From contig CAMWLQ010000006.1 of the NCBI GenBank assembly GCA_947175195.1, forward strand, positions 664 through 64,663: 64,000 bases of DNA, in the 5' to 3' direction. Numbering within the stretch: position 1 is the first letter of the stretch; each line of letters starts with the position of its first letter. The position numbers and the translations under genes are program-made. Under the pieces are notes generated by a model, which worked only from the letters and a program-made list of their open reading frames with translations, did no database searches and was not told where the DNA came from. The stretch comes from an uncultured Clostridia bacterium. Lineage in GTDB: Bacteria > Bacillota > Clostridia > Christensenellales > Pumilibacteraceae. This document shows positions 18,940 through 26,477 of this stretch, piece after piece.

Positions 18940-21900
18940 ATGGTGCAAAGCGAGCTTTACAAAAAGGTATTGGAATATGCGTTCGGCATGTGCCGCAAGG
19001 ACGGCAAGGCGTCGGTCAACGCCGACTATTTTGTCACGGCGCTGCTCAATATGGTATTGGCGCATAGCCGCGACGAGCTGGACGGCATACCCGAAATATA
19101 TATTTACAACAAGTCGGCGGTCAACAAGGAGTTGGCTGAGGCACGGCGCATATTCGAGCGCTACAACATAAACGTCATGGACGTTGCCGTGCGCATGGAA
19201 AGCGCGGTGCGCCATTCCGCAAACGACGCGGACGCGGGCATAGCCTTTCAAAAAACGGAGCGTGCGGCGCTTGTCAAGCTAAACGAGCAGGGCAGGAACG
19301 AGCTTACCACGTCCGTCATGCTGGAGATATTGCTCGGCGAGCCGACCGAATACATAAAGCAGTTCATAACCTCGGCAGGCATGGTCAAGCAGCCCGACGC
19401 GCCGTTGCCGTACGACAATGACGGCGCTGCGGAAGAGGCTGCCGCAGAGGCGCCCACGCCTGTCCAAGACGAGTATCCCGATATAACGAATAGTGACGAG
19501 AGTATCGACGATTTGATTGCGGACGCTATGGACAAGATAGCTCGGACGTTAGAAGACGACAGGGAATCGCCGCGGCAGGACAGCGACGAAAAACACGGCG
19601 TTACACCGCATAGGCGTTATACCGAAACCGAGCGTTACGGCGGGTACGACGCTCAGCCGCACGAACAGGCGAGCCAAAACCCTACTATTATCGACTATGC
19701 CGAAAGGGTTAAGGCCGTTCAGGACAAGCTGCTTGAGCGTGTGTTCGGGCAGGATTTGGCTGTGGAAATGTTCGTGTCGGGGTACTTTCAAGCCGAGCTT
19801 GTTTCCATGCTGATGAAGGGGCGCAAAAAGCCGCGCGCAACATTTTTGTTTGCCGGTCCGCCGGGGGTGGGCAAAACCTACCTTGCCGAATGTGCGGCGG
19901 AGGCGTTGGGACTTCCGTTCAAGCGGTTTGACATGAGCGAGTACTCCAATAACGAATCGGGACTGAACTTTGCGGGCACGGACAAGGTGTACAAGGGAGC
20001 GCACGAGGGCGCGGTTACGGGCTTTGTCGAGCAAAATCGGCGGTGCGTGCTGCTGTTTGACGAGGTGGAAAAAGCGCATCTAAACGTAATCAATTTGTTC
20101 CTGCAAATACTGGACGCGGGACGGCTGCGTGACACCTTTACCGAGCACGAGGTAGATTTTTCGGACGCCATAATCATACTTACCACCAACGCGGGCAAAA
20201 CGCTGTACGACGATCCCGACATAATCAATCTTTCGAGCGTGCCCAAAAAGACGGTTATTCGCGCGCTGTCCGCCGAACAGCGTTCGGACGGCACGCCGTC
20301 CTTTCCCGAGGCAATATGCTCACGGTTTGCCTCGGGCAACGTCGTTATGTTCAACAAGCTTGGCGCACACGAGCTGCTGCGCATTGCTGGCAACGAGGTC
20401 GCCGTCCACGCCGAGGCGCTCAACAACAAAACGGGCGTCAAGATAGAGCTTGACGAAAATATCAATTACGCAATACTGTACTCGGAGGGCGGCAACGCCG
20501 ACGCCCGCGCCATACGCGGCAGGGCGGTCAGCTTTTTCTACGGCGAGCTGTACGAGTTTTTACGCTTGGCGTCGTCGGACAAGCCCGCGCGCGATTTCGA
20601 TACTATCAAGCTGGATATAGAACAGCCCAATGATGAAAAAATAGCCGAGCTGTTTTCGCCCGCGCAAACCCCAGAAGTGTTAATGTTTACCGACGGTGAA
20701 CGCCAAAATCAGTGCCGCGCCGCGCTAAAAGGCGTAACGGCGCACTACACTTGCGACATAACGACGGCAAAAAACATATTGGCGGAAAACGATATTTCGA
20801 TTATCGTTTGCGATATTAAGTGCGGTCGGCGCAGCGGCAGGCAGTCGGTGCTCAATCTCGAGGACATCGACTCGGAAGGTCGCGACTTCTTCAACTACGC
20901 AAGCCAAAACGTGGCTACGCCTTTGTATGTGCTGGGCGACGGCTACGACATAAAAAGCGAGGAGCTTTTGTCCTTTTCGCGCAACGGCGCAATGGGCGTG
21001 ATAAGCCTGGGCGGCGACGACGTAAAAGACTTTACGGCGCAGGTGCTGGAAAAATGCAATATTGCCAAGCAGCAGCGCAACATGCTCGAGCTTGCGCGGT
21101 CGCAAAAGATTTTGTCGTACCAAACCGCGCAAAGCTTTGACGGCGACGGCACGGCAAGGATAACGCTGTTTGATCTTAAGCTGTCCGTGGCGGTGGACGC
21201 AGGCGACGGCGAAAGCGTGCTCAGCGGAATGTCCCGTCCCGACATCAAGTTCGACGACGTAATCGGCGCGGACGACGCAAAGCGCGAGCTGGGCTACTTT
21301 ACCGCGTATCTCAAAAATCCCAAAATATTCGCAAAAAACGGCGTGCGCCCGCCCAAGGGCATACTGTTGTACGGTCCGCCGGGGACGGGCAAGACCATGC
21401 TAGCCAAGGCGCTTGCGGGCGAGTCGGAGGTGACGTATATCGCCGCCGAGGGCAACAGCTTTTTAAGCAAGTGGGTAGGCGAGGGTCCCAAGCGCGTTCA
21501 CGAGCTGTTCGCAACGGCGCGCAAGTACGCGCCCGCGGTGCTGTTTATAGACGAGATAGACGCTATCGGCATTTCGCGCGCCGACCTAAGCGCCGACCGC
21601 GACACGACAAGTGAAATACTTACCGCACTACTCACCGAAATGGACGGATTTAAGGCTCACCCCGACAGACCTGTGTTTGTGCTTGCCGCAACCAACGTCG
21701 GCGTGGACGACGGCGGTAAAAAGCAGCTCGACCCCGCGCTGCTGCGCAGGTTTGACAGGCGTATAATGGTCGACCTGCCCAACAAGTCCGAGCGCGAAAA
21801 GTTTATGCGCATGCAGTGCGAGCGCAACGCCAACATCCGTCTTTCGGACGAGCAGCTGAAAAACATAGCCGTGCGCTCGACGGGTATGAGCCTTGCCGAC

Positions 21901-22569
21901 CTCGCGTCGGTTGTGGAAATGGCACTGCGCAGTGCGCTCAAAAATCCCGACTTTGACGTCACCGACGACATAATAGAAGAGGCGTTTGAGGAATATAACA
22001 GCGGCGAGGTCAAAAAGTGGGACGACGGCACGCTACTGCGCACGGCGCGGCACGAGTGCGGTCACGCGTTGCTGTACTGGCTGAGCGGAAAAACGCCGTC
22101 CTATCTTACCATTGTCGCGCGCGACAACCACGGCGGATATATGCAGTACGGCGACGAGGAGAGCAAGCCGCTGTATACTAAAGCCGAAATTTTGGCGCAC
22201 GTGCGCACAGCGCTCGGCGGCATGGCGGCGGAGCTTGTGTACTACGGCGATGACGACGGGCTGTCCACCGGGCCGAGCGGCGATTTGCAAAACGCGACAA
22301 GGCGAGTGGAAAATCTTATTTGCGCATACGGCATGGACGAAAAGATAGGCTTGGGCGCAATAGACGGCGCGGCGCTTATGCATTCGCCGTACTACGCGAC
22401 GGTGCATGCGCGCGTCAGCGAAATACTGGGCGAGCAGCTGGATGCGGCAAAGCAGGCAATAGAGCAAAACAAGCCCGCCGTTGACGAGCTTGTGCGCGTG
22501 CTTTTGGAAAACAACAAGCTAAAAGGCGAGCAAATCGACGGGATTTTGAGCGGGCTTGCCAAACGCTGA
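18940..22569 (+). CDS. soluble dual AAA+ protein: Clp-N-like + ClpB-D2-like AAA+ + linker + FtsH-like AAA+ and M41 metalloprotease
   Basis: The first module has FLFAGPPGVGKTYLAECAAEALGLPFKRFDMSEY and VLLFDEVEKAH...FLQILDAGRLRD. The second module has ILLYGPPGTGKTMLAKALAGE and VLFIDEIDAIG. The protease part has HECGHAL (HExxH) and GDLQNATRRVENLICAYGM. No TM segment seen. Confidence 0.8.
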   Translation: MVQSELYKKVLEYAFGMCRKDGKASVNADYFVTALLNMVLAHSRDELDGIPEIYIYNKSAVNKELAEARRIFERYNINVMDVAVRMESAVRHSANDADAGIAFQKTERAALVKLNEQGRNELTTSVMLEILLGEPTEYIKQFITSAGMVKQPDAPLPYDNDGAAEEAAAEAPTPVQDEYPDITNSDESIDDLIADAMDKIARTLEDDRESPRQDSDEKHGVTPHRRYTETERYGGYDAQPHEQASQNPTIIDYAERVKAVQDKLLERVFGQDLAVEMFVSGYFQAELVSMLMKGRKKPRATFLFAGPPGVGKTYLAECAAEALGLPFKRFDMSEYSNNESGLNFAGTDKVYKGAHEGAVTGFVEQNRRCVLLFDEVEKAHLNVINLFLQILDAGRLRDTFTEHEVDFSDAIIILTTNAGKTLYDDPDIINLSSVPKKTVIRALSAEQRSDGTPSFPEAICSRFASGNVVMFNKLGAHELLRIAGNEVAVHAEALNNKTGVKIELDENINYAILYSEGGNADARAIRGRAVSFFYGELYEFLRLASSDKPARDFDTIKLDIEQPNDEKIAELFSPAQTPEVLMFTDGERQNQCRAALKGVTAHYTCDITTAKNILAENDISIIVCDIKCGRRSGRQSVLNLEDIDSEGRDFFNYASQNVATPLYVLGDGYDIKSEELLSFSRNGAMGVISLGGDDVKDFTAQVLEKCNIAKQQRNMLELARSQKILSYQTAQSFDGDGTARITLFDLKLSVAVDAGDGESVLSGMSRPDIKFDDVIGADDAKRELGYFTAYLKNPKIFAKNGVRPPKGILLYGPPGTGKTMLAKALAGESEVTYIAAEGNSFLSKWVGEGPKRVHELFATARKYAPAVLFIDEIDAIGISRADLSADRDTTSEILTALLTEMDGFKAHPDRPVFVLAATNVGVDDGGKKQLDPALLRRFDRRIMVDLPNKSEREKFMRMQCERNANIRLSDEQLKNIAVRSTGMSLADLASVVEMALRSALKNPDFDVTDDIIEEAFEEYNSGEVKKWDDGTLLRTARHECGHALLYWLSGKTPSYLTIVARDNHGGYMQYGDEESKPLYTKAEILAHVRTALGGMAAELVYYGDDDGLSTGPSGDLQNATRRVENLICAYGMDEKIGLGAIDGAALMHSPYYATVHARVSEILGEQLDAAKQAIEQNKPAVDELVRVLLENNKLKGEQIDGILSGLAKR

Positions 22570-22598
22570 AAAAGTTGAAAAAAAATCATATTTTCCTA

Positions 22599-22627
22599 TT
22601 GACAACATAAATGTATTATGTTATAAT
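22599..22627 (+). promoter_or_regulatory. promoter TTGACA-17-TATAAT
   Basis: Perfect consensus hexamers upstream of the CDS at 22678. Confidence 0.6.
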
Positions 22628-22677
22628 CATCAGGTCGGTTAAAAAAGACCGTAAAAATCATTCTAAAGGAGCACAAT

Positions 22678-23073
22678 ATGAACGCCATTACATGGGAAGA
22701 CGTTGTAAAACACCTTGAGTCTACGTACAAAACCGACAGAGCGGGTGACATGGTAAAAATCGTGTTCGTGTATCCCGACGATCAAAACAGGACGCAGCTT
22801 GTGCTTGTCGATCACGAGCAACAGTCCAATAGACTACTTGTGGAAGTGGTATCGCGCGTAGGCGACATTGCCACAAGCCGTCTGCCCAAAGCCCTTGAGG
22901 CAATCGGCAAAAAGTATTTTGTCGCATTGGAAAAGATGGGCGACATATATTACGTAAGAGTTACGCTTGATATGAACTATGTTCCGATGTCAGCTATAGG
23001 CAATCTTGTGGAGCTTGTCGGCCGCACGGCGGATACCTTGGAAAAGGATTTTTGCGGCGGCGACGAAAACTAA
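22678..23073 (+). CDS. hypothetical 131-aa protein (YbjN/chaperone-like fold suspected, weak)
   Basis: SD AAAGGAG, own promoter and own terminator. Confidence 0.5.
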   Translation: MNAITWEDVVKHLESTYKTDRAGDMVKIVFVYPDDQNRTQLVLVDHEQQSNRLLVEVVSRVGDIATSRLPKALEAIGKKYFVALEKMGDIYYVRVTLDMNYVPMSAIGNLVELVGRTADTLEKDFCGGDEN

Positions 23074-23099
23074 CAGCCTGTATCATTACAAAGAACAAG

Positions 23100-23133
23100 T
23101 GCATGGGTGTAACTGCGCCCATGCATTTTTTTG
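23100..23133 (+). terminator. intrinsic terminator
   Basis: TGCATGGG / CCCATGCA stem followed by T7. Confidence 0.7.
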
Positions 23134-23172
23134 TTGTCAACTATCTAAATCCATAAAAGGAGTTAATACCCT

Positions 23173-23526
23173 ATGAAAAAAATAGAATACCGCGCAATCA
23201 ACTGGAAAGCCACGGGGCGCAACCTGCAAAATTTGAGGTTGAATAATTACAATTTGCGCAAGTACGTGTGCTGGCAGCTGAAAAGCGGCGACAGTAATTG
23301 TATAGGCGATTGCGAAAAATGCAAGCTGGATATGGACAATCATATCAGCCAGGGCGAGCTCGCGCGCGTTTTCTATTTGGACAACGAGAGCAGGATAGTG
23401 AACTGGGAAAAGGGTAGAGCACGCCCTACGATAAGCGACCTATTGTACTATGCGGAAATATGCCGTATTCCGCTCGAGCAGGTGCTTATATTCGAAAATA
23501 GCGCAACCAACAATAAAGACCAATAA
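23173..23526 (+). CDS. XRE-type HTH regulator interrupted by a C-x9-C-x3-C-x2-C insertion
   Basis: TGRNLQNLRLNN ... CWQLKSGDSNCIGDCEKC ... ISQGELARVFYLDNESRIVNWEKGRARPTISDLLYYAEICRIPLEQV. Confidence 0.6.
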   Translation: MKKIEYRAINWKATGRNLQNLRLNNYNLRKYVCWQLKSGDSNCIGDCEKCKLDMDNHISQGELARVFYLDNESRIVNWEKGRARPTISDLLYYAEICRIPLEQVLIFENSATNNKDQ

Positions 23527-23710
23527 TATAATCGACCGATGTCATGTAAATTTTCGGTCGACTCGATTCGAGGAACATTTTTGCTTGCTTGCAATGGCAA
23601 AAATGCGACGACGACAAATTTGGTGAATACCAAATTTATAGACCGAAAATAAGCCGTGATACGTCACGGCGGCACTATGCCGGTTTATGCGCTTTTGCGC
23701 GCAGTCAATC

Positions 23711-23746
23711 GAGAACTTGTAAAATTTACAGGTTCTCTTTTGTTTT
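23711..23746 (+). terminator. intrinsic terminator 185 nt downstream of the regulator stop
   Basis: GAGAACTTGT / ACAGGTTCTC 10-bp stem (one G-U) followed by TTTTGTTTT. Confidence 0.65.
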
Positions 23747-23781
23747 CGCAAGTTTGCTGTAATAGCTGCGCGCAAACTGCG

Positions 23782-23810
23782 TTGAAGAGGTGCTTGACTT
23801 TTGCTACAAT
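23782..23810 (+). promoter_or_regulatory. promoter TTGAAG-17-TACAAT driving the structured leader and clpP-like operon
   Basis: Hexamers at 23782-23787 and 23805-23810. No other promoter-like sequence lies before the ATG at 24230. Confidence 0.55.
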
Positions 23811-23817
23811 ATCTATG

Positions 23818-24111
23818 GAGGGGAGGAAGCCATAGTGGACCCGAGCTCCGCAAGCCCAAACGCCGCATTATTGGCTATTTTGCCCCTTACGTCGCTTGAC
23901 GTACCGCAATGGGTACGACTGCGCTCCGTAAGTGTCAAACTATCTCAAAACTTCGGCGTTTGGGTGCGAGCAGTTTTTGGGAGCATAATGCGCCGTCAGA
24001 CAAGGAAAAGCGCACGAAGCTGTACTCTCTGTAGTACCGCGAGTGTGCTTTGACGCAGTATCACGGCGCAGGATGCCCCAAAAACCTTACGGGTTCGAGT
24101 CCACTATGGCT
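23818..24111 (+). ncRNA. unclassified structured RNA / long 5' leader (~290 nt)
   Basis: Perfect long-range helices: 23828-23840/24099-24111 (13 bp), 23855-23865/23954-23964 (11 bp), 23973-23981/24077-24085 (9 bp) and 23989-23996/24063-24070 (8 bp). Also 24008-24015/24043-24050 (8 bp with one G-U), local hairpins, and a possible pseudoknot 23866-23871/23985-23990. Confidence 0.5.
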
Positions 24112-24229
24112 ATGCAAAAAGCCGAAGAGATAAGCAAAGAGTTAAGCAAAAGGCAGGTCGACAACGGCTACAAACGTTTCAACAGCTCAAACACTTTTAA
24201 CGCGGAAAACCGCAAAGGAGAAAAGAACT

Positions 24230-24790
24230 ATGAATGAAAGAGAAAAGTTTTCTTGGGAGTACTCGCTCAACCGCAATACCGTCAATATCTTCGGTGTTGT
24301 GGACACTCCGATGGCTGAGCTGGTCATAGGTCAGCTCCAGTACTTGGACGACAAGTTCAAAAGCGAGGACGTTCCGCCGTCCGAACGCATTATCACGTTG
24401 CAAATCAACAGCCCCGGCGGGAGTGTCAGCGACGGACTTGCCATCTACGACACAATGAACTACATAGACGCCAAGATCCGCACGGTCGGGCTGGGTATGT
24501 GCGCAAGCATGGGCGCGTTTTTGCTGTCGTCGGGCACAAAGGGGATGCGCGCGGCTACCAAAAATTGCGAAATACTCATTCACCAGCCCATCGGCGGCGC
24601 AAGCGGTCAGGCGAGCGACATCATAATCGCCGCCAACCACATCGAGCGCATGCGGGCTCGGCTCAATAACATTCTTGCCGCCAACACCGGCAACACCGTC
24701 AAACGGATCAGAAAGGACACCGACCGCGACACCATTCTCACGGCGGACGAGGCAAAGGCGTACGGACTGATCGACATTGTTATAAAGTAG
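24230..24790 (+). CDS. clpP: ClpP-family (S14) serine protease paralogue with non-canonical short N-terminus
   Basis: INSPGGSVSDGLAIYDTM, CASMGAFLL (Ser), ILIHQPIGGASGQASDI (His), TDRDTILTADEAKAYGLID (Asp). SD AAAGGAG. Confidence 0.8.
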   Translation: MNEREKFSWEYSLNRNTVNIFGVVDTPMAELVIGQLQYLDDKFKSEDVPPSERIITLQINSPGGSVSDGLAIYDTMNYIDAKIRTVGLGMCASMGAFLLSSGTKGMRAATKNCEILIHQPIGGASGQASDIIIAANHIERMRARLNNILAANTGNTVKRIRKDTDRDTILTADEAKAYGLIDIVIK

Positions 24791-24869
24791 GGGTTAAACC
24801 CGAAGGAACGAAACGCATGATTTAAAGCGGCGGCAACGCTTAACTGTATTAATAAAGGAGGAATATATC

Positions 24870-26477
24870 ATGCTTACCAATCAAAACGAACTGTTTTTAT
24901 CGGAATACTTTTTTAGCCGCAGCGTGCTTGGCAAGCTGGTCAAGCACCCCAAGCATATGTTTGACACGCTGGGCGAAATATTCCTTATTCCCAAATGCGA
25001 CGTCGACGGACTGTACGCGCTTGCCGAGGACAAGCTGGTCGCCGACGTAAACAATTACGCCGACTACCTACAGTTTTGCCGTATCGAAAAGTACGTTGCG
25101 CTCGTGGACGGCGACGGCGGCGTCCCCGCCGAAATCGCGGACGTAATAGCGGTAAAGGGCGAGGCGCTGGCGCGGGCATACGACCTTAAGCTTGACGGAA
25201 CGCGCCTCACCGAATCGGCGGTTTTCCGTATGCTTACGGAGGGCGCGGCGCACGGCACGGTTGCGGCAATGCGCATACTCGGTTTTATTCAGTGCGAGGG
25301 CATTTATACCGATCGCGACCTCGCCGCGGGCGTCAAAAATTTGGAGCGTGCGGCGCAGTGGAACAGTGTGGAGGGCACGCTTGCCGCGCTGTACTACAAT
25401 GCGGAACGCCAAGCCGACGTCAACCGCCTGCGCACAGTCGCGGACGGCACGGTGTACCGCGCATTCCCCGCGCTTGCCGAGGCAAAGTACGGCATTGCCG
25501 CGGACGGCGAGGTAAAGGAGAGTAAGCTGCTTAACAAGGCGTTCGCGCTCGGCAAGCTCACGCCCGATATTTATTCGGCGCAGTACGCGCGCATCATATA
25601 CAGCGCGGTGCTTGCTCCGCGCGACAAGGAGCGCACAATGTTCTCGCCCAACGACCAAGCCATATCGGAGGTTGCCGAACTGCCGCTCAAGCTTAGCGGC
25701 GGCGCGCTTGCACCCGACTGTGCGGCATTCGACGGCATGCCGCTTGTGCGGCAAAAAGAGGAGGAGCGCATACGGCTTTGCCTGACCAACAGCGACCTGC
25801 TCGAGCGTTCGGCGTTCCGTCCGCTGTGCGTGTGCGCCGATTCGGAATACATGCGCAAGCTGTACGCGCGGCATATCCGCAAGGCGTTCTCCGCGGCGCA
25901 TGTGGAATACATAGACGTGGCGGGACTGGACGAGCACGACCTGCAGCCGACGGGCAAAAACATATTTGTGCGCAGCTGTGACGAGGACGCGTTCAACGTG
26001 TATCTTATGTCGTTTGTCGGCAATATCGCGGGCGGCGTAATGCAGGAGGCAATAGGATTCCTGCAAAGCCGTCGGCGCAAAAAGTTTTGCCTGCTCAGTC
26101 CGGGCGTGGTTATCGACCTTGGCAAGGTGCTGCCCGTATGCTTTTGCGACAAGGCAAACGCGAAGGAGCTTAAAAAGTACTGCGACGTTGTTACGGTCGG
26201 CGCGGTTTCCGCAGCCGAAAAGCCTGCGGCATACGACGATATGGTCAAGTCCAAACAGCGGCTGTACGGCGCAAAGTCCGTCACCCTGTCGGACGACGCC
26301 GTCGCGCGACTCAACGAGCTTTCGGTGGACGGCGCGGAAAACGTTATCGACTCGGTTATAAGGTTTAACCGCAACAAGGCGGAAACGGTAATCACGCCCG
26401 CGCTCATCGACGAGTGCGCCACTGCGCGCACCGAAAAGAATAGATACGGATTCGGAGGTGACGGCGATGAAATATAG
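24870..26477 (+). CDS. Sel1-like repeat protein with C-terminal AAA+-like half lacking a P-loop
   Basis: SD AAGGAGG. Sel1-like segment AAHGTVAAMRILGFIQCEGIYTDRDLAAGVKNLERAAQ. No GxxxxGK[ST] anywhere. Lid-like end VTLSDDAVARLNELSVDGAENVIDSVIRF. Confidence 0.55.
   Translation: MLTNQNELFLSEYFFSRSVLGKLVKHPKHMFDTLGEIFLIPKCDVDGLYALAEDKLVADVNNYADYLQFCRIEKYVALVDGDGGVPAEIADVIAVKGEALARAYDLKLDGTRLTESAVFRMLTEGAAHGTVAAMRILGFIQCEGIYTDRDLAAGVKNLERAAQWNSVEGTLAALYYNAERQADVNRLRTVADGTVYRAFPALAEAKYGIAADGEVKESKLLNKAFALGKLTPDIYSAQYARIIYSAVLAPRDKERTMFSPNDQAISEVAELPLKLSGGALAPDCAAFDGMPLVRQKEEERIRLCLTNSDLLERSAFRPLCVCADSEYMRKLYARHIRKAFSAAHVEYIDVAGLDEHDLQPTGKNIFVRSCDEDAFNVYLMSFVGNIAGGVMQEAIGFLQSRRRKKFCLLSPGVVIDLGKVLPVCFCDKANAKELKKYCDVVTVGAVSAAEKPAAYDDMVKSKQRLYGAKSVTLSDDAVARLNELSVDGAENVIDSVIRFNRNKAETVITPALIDECATARTEKNRYGFGGDGDEI

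Noticed and set aside
23818-24111. tmRNA (ssrA), suggested by a leading GGGG, a GGGTTCGAGTCC T-loop-like string and the neighbouring clpP-like gene
   Set aside because: There is no 5' GGGG/3' CCCC-ACCA acceptor pairing and no CCA end. The sequence flanking TTCGAGT cannot form a 5-bp T stem. No tag reading frame ending in an ssrA-like peptide is present, and no smpB lies nearby.
23818-24111. RNase P RNA, because GGAGGGGAGGAAG resembles the E. coli M1 segment preceding P4
   Set aside because: It lacks the universal GAGGAAAGUCC and the 3' ACAGAAnnnGGCUUA P4 strands. It is also shorter than bacterial RNase P RNAs.
23782-24229. Retron msr/msd or an oriT, given long perfect inverted repeats next to a T4CP-like gene
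   Set aside because: No reverse transcriptase, relaxase or nic-site-associated genes occur in the window. The element has its own sigma-A promoter and reads into the operon.
24106-24237. 43-codon ORF (MAMQKAEEISKELSKRQVDNGYKRFNSSNTFNAENRKGEKNYE) overlapping the clpP-like start
   Set aside because: It has no Shine-Dalgarno sequence, and its ATG lies inside the 13-bp closing helix. It is kept only as a possibility for translational coupling.
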